A stretch of 64,000 bases of DNA, from the NCBI GenBank assembly GCA_963792875.1, contig CAWBXV010000004.1, positions 665-64,664 on the forward strand, given 5' to 3'. The notes under the pieces are model-generated. The model worked only from the letters and a program-made list of their open reading frames with translations, had not been told where the DNA came from and searched no databases. The stretch comes from an uncultured Gammaproteobacteria bacterium (GTDB lineage: Bacteria > Pseudomonadota > Gammaproteobacteria > Pseudomonadales > JAHEGP01). The position numbers and the translations under genes were made by a program. Of the stretch, positions 43,577 to 53,744 are shown piece by piece. The stretch's first letter is position 1. Each line of letters starts with the position of its first letter.

Positions 43577-45313
43577 ATGGAGAGCGCTGCTGACATTACC
43601 GCCGACCGATCGTTGCTGCAAAGTTACGATGATGTCCTGGCCAGAAATCCTTTCTCGCAGCAGCAGGTGACGATCAGCAAAGCCGAGCATATAGATCTTA
43701 TCCATCGCGCACACTATTGGGAAGCACTGCACGCCCAGGTAAAACAAAAGTGTGCGCGACTGGAGGAGGAAAGCCAGCGCAAGGATGCCCGGATCAGAGA
43801 TCTCATCAACCGGGTCTTCGGCAAGACGAGCGAAAAACAGAGCACGGCAACATCGGAGAAGTCGGAGCCTTCGACGGCCAATCGCCCTCGGGGCCAGCAG
43901 CGAGGGAGCCGTGGGCATGGTCGCACCGCGCGCCCGAATTTGCCGGTTCTCAACGAGAAAGTCGACCTGCCGGATGATAAGAAGTGCTGCCCTGAATGCG
44001 GCCTATCGCGTTTACCACGGCCGGCCCTGGATGAAACCAGTGACATTATTGAGGTCGAGGTACGGGCCTACATCCGCCGTATTCATCGGCCGGCGTATGC
44101 GCGCAATCCGGGCTGCCATTGTTCGGACGTTCCTGCGATTATCACCGCATCGCCGCCCCCTCGCCTGATACCCCGCAGCCCCTACGGGATTGGTTTTTGG
44201 GTGGAAGTCTTATTGAGTAAATTTCAGTATTCGCAACCCACCCACCGCCACTTACAAGATCTTAATGACAGGTCCCTGCCGGTTTCACCGGGCACTGTCG
44301 CCGGCGGCCTGCAGACTATTGCCCCGCTGTTCAAGCCCATCATGGAAGGCCTCTATCAAAAACAGATGACTGAAGCCCTGTTTCATAATGATGAGACCCG
44401 CTGGGAAGTGTTTGTCGAGATGGAGGGCAAGGTTGGCCATCGCTGGTATTTGTGGGTGACCAGGTCACAATCGGCGATCTACTTTGTCCTCGACGCCAGC
44501 CGTAGCGCCGATGTGCCGGGCGCCCATTTTGCCGGATTGCAGGCAGAGCGCGTCATCATTGTCTGCGACCGCTACAGCGCCTACAAAAAACTGGCCCGGT
44601 TAACCGATGCGATCTTGTTGGCATTTTGCTGGGCCCATGTGCGTAGGGATTACCTCGATGCCGGTCGCAGTTACAAAGCACTCGAACCTTGGGCGCTGGA
44701 CTGGAAAGCACGGATCGGCGAACTCTACCATCGCAATCACTTGCGTCTTGAGCATTGGGACAGTGAACGCCCACTCGACCAACAAAGTGAGAGCTTTGAC
44801 CAGCACCATCAAGCCGTGCAGGAAACCCTGCAGGGGATGCTCGAAGAAGCCACCCGCCTCAGCGAGGACGATCAAGAACGGCTGGACGAGACGACACTCG
44901 CATTGTCACGCAGCGCTCGCAAGCAACAGCGCAAGGTCTGCAAAAGCTTGCTCACGCATTGGTCTGGCCTGACGCTGTTTATGGAAAACCCCGAGGTTCC
45001 CCTGGATAATAACCTGGCGGAAAATACCATTCGCGGCCCGGTCACCGGGCGCAAGAATTATTATGGTTCGGGGAGTTTGTGGAGCGCCCTCCTTGCGGCC
45101 TCAGCCTTTTCTATATTCAAGACCCTGGGCTTATGGCGCATCAACACCCACCATTGGCTGAGCGCTTATCTTACCGCCTGCGCCGAGAACGGCGGCGAGC
45201 CTCCCGCCGATATCACGCCCTGGTTGCCCTGGTCGATGGACCAGGCCCGACGCGATGAACTGGCCCGTCCACCACCCACCCGCTTGTCGCCAGCCACCCC
45301 GGATACCTCGTGA
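43577..45313 (+). CDS. IS66-family DDE transposase
   Basis: Coiled coil, CPECG, HNDET, CDRYSAY, CWAHVRR, DNNLAENTIR. Confidence 0.93.
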   Translation: MESAADITADRSLLQSYDDVLARNPFSQQQVTISKAEHIDLIHRAHYWEALHAQVKQKCARLEEESQRKDARIRDLINRVFGKTSEKQSTATSEKSEPSTANRPRGQQRGSRGHGRTARPNLPVLNEKVDLPDDKKCCPECGLSRLPRPALDETSDIIEVEVRAYIRRIHRPAYARNPGCHCSDVPAIITASPPPRLIPRSPYGIGFWVEVLLSKFQYSQPTHRHLQDLNDRSLPVSPGTVAGGLQTIAPLFKPIMEGLYQKQMTEALFHNDETRWEVFVEMEGKVGHRWYLWVTRSQSAIYFVLDASRSADVPGAHFAGLQAERVIIVCDRYSAYKKLARLTDAILLAFCWAHVRRDYLDAGRSYKALEPWALDWKARIGELYHRNHLRLEHWDSERPLDQQSESFDQHHQAVQETLQGMLEEATRLSEDDQERLDETTLALSRSARKQQRKVCKSLLTHWSGLTLFMENPEVPLDNNLAENTIRGPVTGRKNYYGSGSLWSALLAASAFSIFKTLGLWRINTHHWLSAYLTACAENGGEPPADITPWLPWSMDQARRDELARPPPTRLSPATPDTS

Positions 45314-46167
45314 GCGTCCGCTATTGCGGTCGTGACTTCAGCGACGAAGAGCTCACCCAAATCCGCCGCCTGATTGCCGAGCATCCGACATGTCATCGCG
45401 CACAGCTGTCGCGGATGACCTGCCAGGCTCTGCAGTGGTACAAGCCCGATGGCGGACTCAAAGCGATGTCCGCACGGGTCGCGATGCTGCGCATGCAGGA
45501 CGATGGGTTGATTAGCTTGCCACCGCCACGTCGCACACGCCCCGACCCAACCGTTCACCTGACGGATCGCACCGCACCCGGCACACCCATTGCACGACCT
45601 GCCGGCGCACTCAGGCCGTTGACCATGCAGCGCGTCCAATGTAAACCGGAATCGCAACTGTGGAACGAGTATATCGAACGTTACCACTACCTTGGCCACA
45701 AGCCCTTGCCTGGGGCTCAGCTGCGCTACTTGATCTACGCCGATAATCAGCTCATCGCATTGCTTGGCTTCGGCGCAGCCGCCTGGCAAACCGCGCCCCG
45801 TGACCGCTATATTGGTTGGGACCATGAGCAGCGCAAAAAGAACCTCCACCTCATCATCAACAATGCACGATTCCTGATTCTGCCCTGGGTACAATCAAAG
45901 AATCTCGCCTCGATGATACTGGCCATGGCTGCCAAGCGTCTGCCTGATGACTGGCAAGCGCAATACGCTTATCGGCCGGTATTGATGGAGAGCTTTGTTG
46001 AGAAACCCCGCTTTGAAGGAACCTGCTACAAAGCCGCTAACTGGCGTTATCTCGGGCAAACCAAGGGGCGTGGCAAGCTCGGTCCAGCCGGTAAACAGAG
46101 CGTGCCAATCAAAGACTTATGGGTCTACCCCCTGAATACGGCCTTCAAGGATCGGCTAACTGATTGA
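45310..46167 (+). CDS. DUF4338 (DruA-like) domain protein
   Basis: RYCGRDF, RYHYLG, RDRYIGW, NNARFLILPW, NLAS, GTCYKAANW. Confidence 0.85.
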   Translation: MSVRYCGRDFSDEELTQIRRLIAEHPTCHRAQLSRMTCQALQWYKPDGGLKAMSARVAMLRMQDDGLISLPPPRRTRPDPTVHLTDRTAPGTPIARPAGALRPLTMQRVQCKPESQLWNEYIERYHYLGHKPLPGAQLRYLIYADNQLIALLGFGAAAWQTAPRDRYIGWDHEQRKKNLHLIINNARFLILPWVQSKNLASMILAMAAKRLPDDWQAQYAYRPVLMESFVEKPRFEGTCYKAANWRYLGQTKGRGKLGPAGKQSVPIKDLWVYPLNTAFKDRLTD

Positions 46168-46240
46168 TTCTTGGGGGTAGGGGCAGTCCGAATGTTCACT
46201 AAAATAGCGATGTATCCTATTGTAATTAAAGGGGATTATC

Positions 46241-46618
46241 ATGAGCATCAACGCCGCGCGGCAGCGCTTCATCGACGAATATCTGGCGGCGCCGGCCAAC
46301 GTCGCCGAGGCCGCGCGCCGGGCCGGCTACTCGCCGCGCCGCGCCAAGGAGACGGCCTGCGAGCTGCTCAAGCTGCCGGCGGTGCGGGAGCGCGTGGCCG
46401 CCGGCCAGGCCGCGATCCGCGGGCAGCGGTCACTGGACCGGGACCGGCTCAGCGAGCGCCTGCTGGCGCTGTGCCAGTCCGAGAACGCCACCGGCCTCGA
46501 GGTCGTGCGCGCGGTCAGGCAGCTGGCGCTGCTGCATGGCCTGTACCCGTGTCAGTGCGCCGTGAGGAAGGCGCCAGGGCGCGCTCAGGGGCCGTTTGCG
46601 CGGGAGGTCGCGGCATGA
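46241..46618 (+). CDS. Phage/satellite terminase small subunit-like protein
   Basis: RQRFIDEYL..NVAEAARRAGYS..A..LL..P.V HTH signature; RBS upstream. Confidence 0.8.
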   Translation: MSINAARQRFIDEYLAAPANVAEAARRAGYSPRRAKETACELLKLPAVRERVAAGQAAIRGQRSLDRDRLSERLLALCQSENATGLEVVRAVRQLALLHGLYPCQCAVRKAPGRAQGPFAREVAA

Positions 46619-46914
46619 CTGAAGTCCCGCAAGCGCCGCCGCGCAAGCAGTCAGCGTTCGACAACGCCGGCCAGACCGTATTGATCTATGCTATCTGCCT
46701 GTCGCCGCTAGCGCTGTTTGTGGCAATGGTGTCGCCGTTCCTGCCCACGGAGTACGACGCTTCTGGCAACCTCCAGTATGACTTCCTGGGCGGCTTGGTG
46801 CCGTCGTTGGAGCACTATCTGGTGGTAGTCTATTTCTTTGTGGCCAGCGGCCACTGGATTTGCGGCCTCTTCGGCGCTGCCCGGCAACGCCGGCAGGAGG
46901 CGGGCGTGCCCTGA
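46615..46914 (+). CDS. Small two-TM hypothetical protein
   Basis: ATGA overlap with terS, GGAGG RBS, two hydrophobic segments. Confidence 0.6.
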   Translation: MTEVPQAPPRKQSAFDNAGQTVLIYAICLSPLALFVAMVSPFLPTEYDASGNLQYDFLGGLVPSLEHYLVVVYFFVASGHWICGLFGAARQRRQEAGVP

Positions 46915-46994
46915 GCGAGCCATCGCGGCCCGGGGGCGAGGCAGCGGGTAGCGGTTCCGTACCCCGTACCCCGTACCTCGGACACGGGTGCGGG

Positions 46995-47524
46995 TCACGG
47001 GCCCTCGGGATGGGCTGCCCGGTACTCCCGCCAGAGCAGGAACAGGGTGACGGACTTCTGCTTGAGCCCCTGGTGGATAACCAGCCAGTCAGGAATGCCG
47101 CGGAGCTGGGCCGGCAATTCCGGTGGTGGCGCGAACAGCAGCCGTTCCAGACGGGCATCGTCCAAATCGGCCGGCAGGGGCCAGCGCACCCCGGCCTCTT
47201 GGGCCCGGCGCAGGTATTCAGCGACGGTGGGGCGGCCAATGCCGCTGCTGGTCGCAATCTGGCGATTGCTCATTCCCTTGCCCCATTTGAGGCGCAGGAC
47301 TTCTTTGATTTTACGCATGGATAACCTCTTGGCAGGCATCTGATCCCCTCCGGTTGGAAAGGGGCTGAATACCGGTTAGTTATCCCGCGTCGGTTGGCTC
47401 CGAGGGAAGATCTCAGGCGCTCTGCCGGGGTGGCAGCTTTGCCGTGGAATCAGTGGCAGCATTCGCGTGGAATGGGTGGCAGGCTTCGTCTGGAATCAGT
47501 GGCAGGCTTGGTCTGGAATATGCA
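46995..47524 (-). mobile_element. IS21-family remnant: left end with four 23-bp repeats and truncated istA (46995-47339)
   Basis: MPAKRLSMRKIKEVLRL...VTLFLLWREY; terminal TG and GTGGCAG...TGGAAT repeats at 47430-47521. Confidence 0.85.
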
Positions 47525-47818
47525 ACACCGCCGGTCGAAAGACATAGCGACAAAGCCGTTGCAGTTCGTCGCACTGATTGCGTCTCTGTCGATACCGCGG
47601 CATAAAGCGACTCCAGACAGCGCCAGGCCTTCCCCGATTTGCGAACACGCTCCCATTTCCAAGTGTCAGCGCTCAATCGGCTGATTCGTTTTCTATATTT
47701 CTGCAAGCAGAGCTGTATGCCTCAAATCGGGAATTCCAACAGGAAAACAAAGGGAACTTGGGAAATGATTGCCGGCGACTAGATACGCCGGCGTGCGAAG
47801 TTGTAGGCGGGGAGGAAG

Positions 47819-48934
47819 GTGCCAGTGTTCGGTATTTCAGCGTCCGGATCGCTCGAGAGGAATGCCGGCAACGGCGATGCAGCCGCCTCGTTGCAACCAA
47901 ACGTCCTGGGACCCTTTAATGATTGCGAAGCGCGATGGCCGGCAAGCTGGCAAATGCGCGGCACTCAGGTGCCAGGCTTTTGCGCGGGCACGCGAGTCTA
48001 TCGAAAATTCTATGACGCCGGCGAGTTGATAGACCGCGGCGTGCAGCGACTCTTCGGCGTCACGGGTTCGAGGGTGGTCCGGTGGCAGGAGAGGCTCACT
48101 CATCGGATCGGAAACGTTAGGTTGTCGAGTCGACGTCACGCTCTCATCACCAAGGAGCAGATAGCCAGCGTTGGCAGCCATCTTCTGCCCGGTGATCTCC
48201 TCCTGGAGCGCCAGGAATTCTTTATTTCCAACCTGGCAATGCCAGGCTTCTGGAAACACTCGGCCATTCACGTAGGGACACCATCCCTTCGACGCCAGTA
48301 TTTCGACTGTCCTGAGGTGGCTGCCTGGGTTCGCCTGCAAGGCACGAAGAGCGGATGTCTCGAGGATTTGCTGAGGCAGCGAGACCCGGGGACCTATGAG
48401 CAATGCCTGCTTTTCCGCGATGGGAGGCCGGTTCGCATCCTCGAGTCGCTCGGTAGCGGAGTCACGTTCACGAGCCTCGAATACACTTCCGCCGTCGACT
48501 CGCTCGCCGTGCTCAGGCCCAGGCTCACAAAACTGGCCAAGGCCCAAGCGCTGGCAAACGCGTTCTCCTTTGTGGGGCGCCCCTACGACTACCGCTTCGA
48601 TTTTGCGACGGACGACAGCCTGATCTGCAGCGAGCTCGTCTACAAGTCCTTTCACTCCCGCGCGGGTCAGGAAGGCCTTGGGCTTGCGGTGCGGGAGATT
48701 TCCGGAAAGTTCGCCATGCCCACCAACGATATCGCCCGCTTCTATGCCCAGCGCAATGCCAGTTCCAAACAGGAATTGGACCTCGTCGAATTTCTCGACG
48801 GCAACGTGTTAGCCGAAGTTGCAGTGCAGTCGCCACCTTCGCACTTTCTCGAAAGCTGGAAGCGTCACCCGTGGCGACCGTCCTTCCCCGCCAACCCCGT
48901 TGAACTGCCAGCCCTGGAGTGCCAGATACCATGA
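47819..48934 (+). CDS. Permuted papain-like NlpC/P60 enzyme (YiiX/YebB family); start uncertain
   Basis: PGDLLL, PGFWKHSAIHVG (His), GRPYDYRFD, ICSELV (Cys) in permuted order. Confidence 0.82.
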   Translation: MPVFGISASGSLERNAGNGDAAASLQPNVLGPFNDCEARWPASWQMRGTQVPGFCAGTRVYRKFYDAGELIDRGVQRLFGVTGSRVVRWQERLTHRIGNVRLSSRRHALITKEQIASVGSHLLPGDLLLERQEFFISNLAMPGFWKHSAIHVGTPSLRRQYFDCPEVAAWVRLQGTKSGCLEDLLRQRDPGTYEQCLLFRDGRPVRILESLGSGVTFTSLEYTSAVDSLAVLRPRLTKLAKAQALANAFSFVGRPYDYRFDFATDDSLICSELVYKSFHSRAGQEGLGLAVREISGKFAMPTNDIARFYAQRNASSKQELDLVEFLDGNVLAEVAVQSPPSHFLESWKRHPWRPSFPANPVELPALECQIP

Positions 48935-50748
48935 GAGACGCCTTTCCCCGCTTTACGTGTCCTGTCGTCAGACCGGGGGACGGGCGGTCCTACCGCCTCG
49001 CCCAGTACCAGTATGCGTCGACATCCCAACCCACGGAGCTGATGTCGCCGGGAGCGATCATCTCTCCGAGGGGCGCCAGCGCCGACGAGGATGTCTTTCG
49101 AGCTCTTGCCTATGCCCGGGATCGTGGCATAGCGGTGGCCGTCCGCACGGGAGGCCATTGCTACGCGGGCACATCTTCGACGAGCGGGAAAAACATCCAG
49201 CTCGACCTGAGCCAGTCCTACACCGACTGGCGCTACGACGAGAACACGGGACTCATTCGCTGTGGTGTGAGCCGGACATTGCACGACTTCAAGTTGCGTC
49301 TCGCGCGACATCGACGCGCCGACGGCACCCCCGATCACCTCTTTATGCCCGTCGGGCAATGCTACGCCGTGAACCTGGGCGGTCACTGTATGACGGGCGG
49401 CGTGGGCCAGCTGACCCGTGCCTTCGGCATGCTCGCTGACCACGTCATCACTGCGGACGTCATTGTTGCGGACGGGAGTCGCAGGTGTATCGGTCCCGCG
49501 AGCGAGAGCGAGCAAGACCGGGCGCTGTTCTGGGCCATGTTCGGCGGGGGGCCGGGAGACTACGCCATACTCACCCACATCACCTTCAGGCCGCTGCGGG
49601 ATGCCGATCATGCCTACGCAAGGGGCTTTCGGCGAGTCATACCCTACGATCCCCGGGTGGACACGGAAAAGCTGGTGCAACTCATCGACCTGGCGGTCAA
49701 ATTCCAACACGCACCCCAGGACTACGACCTGTGTATCAGCGCCGGGTCGGGCGAAACCGGCTTCTTTGGGCATCGTCTGGGCGTGACCAATCGGGACGCC
49801 TTCATGTCAGCCTTTCATGCGCCTGATCGCCCCTGGTTTGTGGCCAACAAGAGCTCGCCAGCCGCGGGTCTCGCGGTATTTTTCCAATATTCGAATCTCG
49901 ATGGCCAGCCCGACTCCTACGATCCGTCGTGGGTCGAAGCGATTCGCAGCGCCTTGTCCCGGGGCGGCAGGGGGAGTGTGTTTCACCGCTTCAAGGCGCG
50001 CGGCGCGGAACTCCTGAGCCGCACGCCCTTGCTGCCCGAAGCGCGGAACATCGACGATGACCTGCCCCGCCCCATCTCGGAGATGATCACCAGGCACTGG
50101 GCTTTCGGCGGCGTGCGGGAGTACAGCTATCCGTTCATCAAGAATGACGCCATCACCCGGCAAGAGACCGGCCCCGGCTTCTCGCGATGGGCTGCAGAGC
50201 GCATGAACGAACTCTTCAGGAGCAAGGCTGACGGGCTGATGGCGTCCATGCAGATCCAGCAATTCGGCGGCGCGGACTCAGGAAAAGTCAAACATGGAGC
50301 GCGCGGCGAGACCTCCTACCATTGGCGGGACGGAATGGTTGTGGGGCTCAACGTCTTCTACGACCCGTCGGTGGCGGGCGCCCCCGACAAGGCAAGAGCC
50401 TGGCAACAGCGGATCGACGAAGAGGGCACGGGCGATCGACCCGGCTACACCTCACCCGCGATGTACCGCTGGTTCAGCTTTCCCACTGGCAGTCAGGTGA
50501 TGTCCGAAGTCTGGCCCGCCTATTTCACGGAGGAGAACTACATACAATGCAGAGACGTCAAGCGAAGGGTCGACCCCTGGGGTGTCTTCAGCGCGACGCC
50601 TTTTTCCATCGGCTTTGACCTCCCCCGCGAGCGTGAGGCCACCGAAGTCGAACAGTACCCGAACAGCGCTGCGGCTGACCAACCGGAGCGCAACACGCCC
50701 CCCAGAGCAGCAGCGATCGCCAGTTTGGCAGTTTTGGAAGACGCCTAG
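48931..50748 (+). CDS. FAD-linked oxidase, BBE-like, predicted bicovalent FAD
   Basis: VRTGGHCY, PVGQCYAVNLGGH, LFWAMFGGGPG, C-terminal KRRVDPWGVF. Confidence 0.88.
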   Translation: MRDAFPRFTCPVVRPGDGRSYRLAQYQYASTSQPTELMSPGAIISPRGASADEDVFRALAYARDRGIAVAVRTGGHCYAGTSSTSGKNIQLDLSQSYTDWRYDENTGLIRCGVSRTLHDFKLRLARHRRADGTPDHLFMPVGQCYAVNLGGHCMTGGVGQLTRAFGMLADHVITADVIVADGSRRCIGPASESEQDRALFWAMFGGGPGDYAILTHITFRPLRDADHAYARGFRRVIPYDPRVDTEKLVQLIDLAVKFQHAPQDYDLCISAGSGETGFFGHRLGVTNRDAFMSAFHAPDRPWFVANKSSPAAGLAVFFQYSNLDGQPDSYDPSWVEAIRSALSRGGRGSVFHRFKARGAELLSRTPLLPEARNIDDDLPRPISEMITRHWAFGGVREYSYPFIKNDAITRQETGPGFSRWAAERMNELFRSKADGLMASMQIQQFGGADSGKVKHGARGETSYHWRDGMVVGLNVFYDPSVAGAPDKARAWQQRIDEEGTGDRPGYTSPAMYRWFSFPTGSQVMSEVWPAYFTEENYIQCRDVKRRVDPWGVFSATPFSIGFDLPREREATEVEQYPNSAAADQPERNTPPRAAAIASLAVLEDA

Positions 50749-50776
50749 ACCGCCGATGACAACAGGAGGCACACCA

Positions 50777-52631
50777 GTGCTTGCCATATTCTTACTTTCG
50801 AGCTGTTTCATTGGTGGACTGGTCAGCGCAACGGCGCTTTGGAGCGCGCGGCAACGCGCCCGCCGAGGCGCACTCGCCGCGCTGCCCAGACCCGCCGCGC
50901 ACCACCGACTACCCGAACTGCCCTCTTTCCAGGGCAGCGTTTTCCTGCCGGATCACCCGCGCTACGACAAAGCACGCTACCAGTACGCGACGACGTCCTA
51001 TCCACCGGGAGATATGTCCCCGGGAGCCATCGTGCGGCCGCGACACCCCGACGCTGACGCCGATGTGCGGGCCGTGCTCGCCTATGCCAAGGCAAAGGGC
51101 GTCCGTGTGGCGGTGCGAACGGGAGGCCACGCCTACAACGGGACCTCGTCCTGTGGCCCCGACGCACTGCAGCTCGACCTGCGCGAGGCGTACCGGGACT
51201 GGGACTACGACTCCGAGGCAGGCACAGTTCGCATGGGAGTCAGCTTCAGCCTCAAAGAGATGTATGCACGCCTGCGCGCCATCGAAACCTCCCCCGGATA
51301 CTCCCTGTTTCTCCCGATTGGCCAGTGCTGTGACGTCCATGTAGGGGGACACTGCCAGACAGGAGGCTACGGGCAGCTTGCCCGGGGCTTTGGCCTGCTC
51401 GCAGACTTCATCCTCTCTGCGGAAATCATCACCGCTGACGGTGAGAAGCGCACCATCGCACCTGATGCGGAGGACCCGCTTGATCGCGAGCTGTTCTGGG
51501 CAGTATTTGGTGCCGGACCGGGTAACTTCGGTGTCCTGACCCACATCACAGTCAGGCCCGGTCGGGACGAGGACCACCCGGACTCGCGAGCCTACCGTCG
51601 CGTGGTGCCATACGAGAAAGGCAGGGACGCCTGGCTGCTCGTCGAACTCGGGGAGATCGTTCAGGAGTTTGAAAGAGCGCCGCGCGGATACGACATCTGC
51701 ATCACCTGGTCCTCGGCGGAGGAGCGCTTCTTCGCCAACGTCTTCGGTTTCGGCGGTCAGGCCGACGGCCAGGGCCCGCCGACCAAGAACCTCTCTGCGG
51801 CGCCCTATCCCTGCATAGTCGTGTACTTTCAGTACTCGAATCCAGCGGGCGGAGACGAAGTCTACGACCCGTCGTGGTGTCAGCGCATCAAGGACCTGCT
51901 CGGGCGGCACAGCCGCACCCTGCCCGGCACACTCTTCTCGGCTTTCGTTTGGTCCGTTCAGGGCGCGCGCGGGAAGCTCCCGGACGATGCCCGCCACACT
52001 CCCATCTCGCGCTCGATGTCCCACCTGTGGATGTTCAACGCGACGCGCGAATTCAACTACCCGGTGAAGAAGTACACGGCGTTCACCGACAGGCCCGCCT
52101 CGCCGGAGTTCGCCGCCTGGTGCGTAGACTGCGTGGATCCGCTGATGCGGCGCGAGGGAGACGGAATCATGGTCATTCTGCAGTACCTGCAGCTCGGTGG
52201 CACGGCCTCCATGCACCGGAAGCACGGTGATTCCTGCAAGACCGCGTTCAGTTGGCGTGATACCGGTTTCGTGGTGGTCATAGACATTTTCTACAATCCC
52301 GATCACCCCGGCGCAGAGAACGAGGTCGAAGCGTGGCACCGGAAGATTCTTTCCGAGGGCATGGGGCCCGGCGGCAGGATCTGCGACCATGACCGCCGCT
52401 GGATTCTGGTCGCCCTACGGCGAAAAAGACATGCGCGTGGTGTGGAAAAACTATTTCGACTCCCGCGAGAAGTACGAGCGGGCTCTGGCCATCAAACGGC
52501 GGATCGACCCTAACAAGGTCTTTACCGCCTCCCCCTTCCACCTCTGCTACGGCGAGCAAGAGGCCACGGTCTCGGCGCCACCGCCCAGGAAGGAAAGGGA
52601 GTCCCGCTGTTCGCTGCTGCAATCCGCCTGA
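50777..52631 (+). CDS. Second BBE-like FAD-linked oxidase with N-terminal TM anchor; +1 frameshift near 52403
   Basis: AGGAGG RBS, VRTGGHAY, PIGQCCDVHVGGH; BBE tail (KRRIDPNKVF) in a different frame. Confidence 0.82.
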
Positions 52632-52632
52632 C

Positions 52633-53451
52633 ATGAGAGTCCGAGTGACGCCTCTGGGGCACGCTACCTGCCTGATAGAGATCGGCTCTCTGCGGCTCAT
52701 CACCGACCCGATTTTCGACGGGCCGGGAGGTGCGCTGCGTCGCTTTTTCTTTGCGTCGAGCCGGAGGCAACCGCCCCCGATCCTCCCGGAGGATTTACCT
52801 TGCATCGATGCCGTGCTCCTCTCCCACGCCCACATCGATCACACGGACAAGTATTCTCTCAGCCGTTTGCCCGAATCGGCGAGGGCGATCTGCCACTGGC
52901 GCAATGGAAATCTGCTGAAGCGCTTCCCGGATCGGCGACCGCTGCGCTGGGGCGAAGCTACGATCATCCGTAACGCGCACGGGGACACAGCGAAAGTGAC
53001 GGCGATACCGGCGGGCCACTACGGTGCCCGCCTCTTACTTGACCGTTGGCGCGGCTACGGGGGCTTCCTCATAGAGATCGATCGGCCGCCGTCCGGCGCA
53101 GCGGGTGCCGGCCCCATGACGCTCATGTTTGCCGGTGATACGGCTCTTACCGACGAATACGCGAAGCTCCGGCAACGAAGGGGCGGCCGGGGTGTGGACC
53201 TCGCCATCATGCCCATCGGCGGCTATGACCCGTGGATTTGGAACCATTGCTCACCCGAGCAAGCGTGGAAGATGGCCGTGGGGGACCTTGGGGCCGCACG
53301 CGTCATGCCGATCCACTATGATGTCTTCCCCCTCTCCCGCGAGCCGGTCGGCGAAGCGATGCAGCGCTTCAGGAATGCGGCCGATGCCGTTGGCGAAGGG
53401 TACCGGCTGGTCGGGACGAGAATCGGACACCCCTGTATCGTAGACTGGTAG
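52633..53451 (+). CDS. MBL-fold metallo-hydrolase, NAPE-PLD/RomA-like
   Basis: LGHAT, TDPIF, SHAHIDH, FAGDT, MPIGGY, HCSPEQA, PIHY. Confidence 0.88.
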   Translation: MRVRVTPLGHATCLIEIGSLRLITDPIFDGPGGALRRFFFASSRRQPPPILPEDLPCIDAVLLSHAHIDHTDKYSLSRLPESARAICHWRNGNLLKRFPDRRPLRWGEATIIRNAHGDTAKVTAIPAGHYGARLLLDRWRGYGGFLIEIDRPPSGAAGAGPMTLMFAGDTALTDEYAKLRQRRGGRGVDLAIMPIGGYDPWIWNHCSPEQAWKMAVGDLGAARVMPIHYDVFPLSREPVGEAMQRFRNAADAVGEGYRLVGTRIGHPCIVDW

Positions 53452-53521
53452 CAAAGCCTGACGGAAGGCAGCGCGGGCGCGCTGGGCGTTGGACCAGAGC
53501 AAGTGATGGCATAACAATTTT

Positions 53522-53704
53522 TTGCCGATGCAGACGGCCTTTTTGGGCCCGATCAGCTCGCAGTTTGCGTCCGGTTCCTTCCAAAAAGACCCCCTGTCGG
53601 TGGGTTGTCTCATCGAGTCCATCAAGGCAGAAGCTCTCGTGGGCACCATGGAAGCCATCGTTCAAGCCGAAGATCCCGGCGCAGCCCTCAAGCCGGCTTT
53701 CTGA
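53522..53704 (+). pseudogene. Possible C-terminal transposase remnant
   Basis: VGCLIESIKAEAL..EDP resembles transposase C-termini; recalled similarity only. Confidence 0.3.
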
Positions 53705-53744
53705 GGGGGTAAGCAGCGTTTCCAGCCTTTAAATTGCCTATATT

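Larger units (their letters stand above)
43501..46199 (+). mobile_element. IS66-family element (TnpC plus DUF4338 gene), apparently complete
   Basis: Ends GCAAATATTCGG / CCGAATGTTCAC; 8-bp TSD TAAAATAG at 43493-43500 and 46200-46207. Confidence 0.88.

Noticed and set aside
43110-43596. ORFs with poly-GC, poly-RV or poly-PA peptides
   Set aside because: Translations of the (CACCCG)n microsatellite that cross MITE or IS boundaries
45310-46167. Complete Druantia defence system
   Set aside because: Only a DUF4338 gene inside an IS; no DruE helicase or other dru genes
46241-46618. Prophage
   Set aside because: No large terminase, portal, capsid, tail or lysis genes
47430-47521. Four 23-bp repeats resembling a mini-CRISPR
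   Set aside because: No spacers; they are the transposase-binding repeats of an IS21 end upstream of istA
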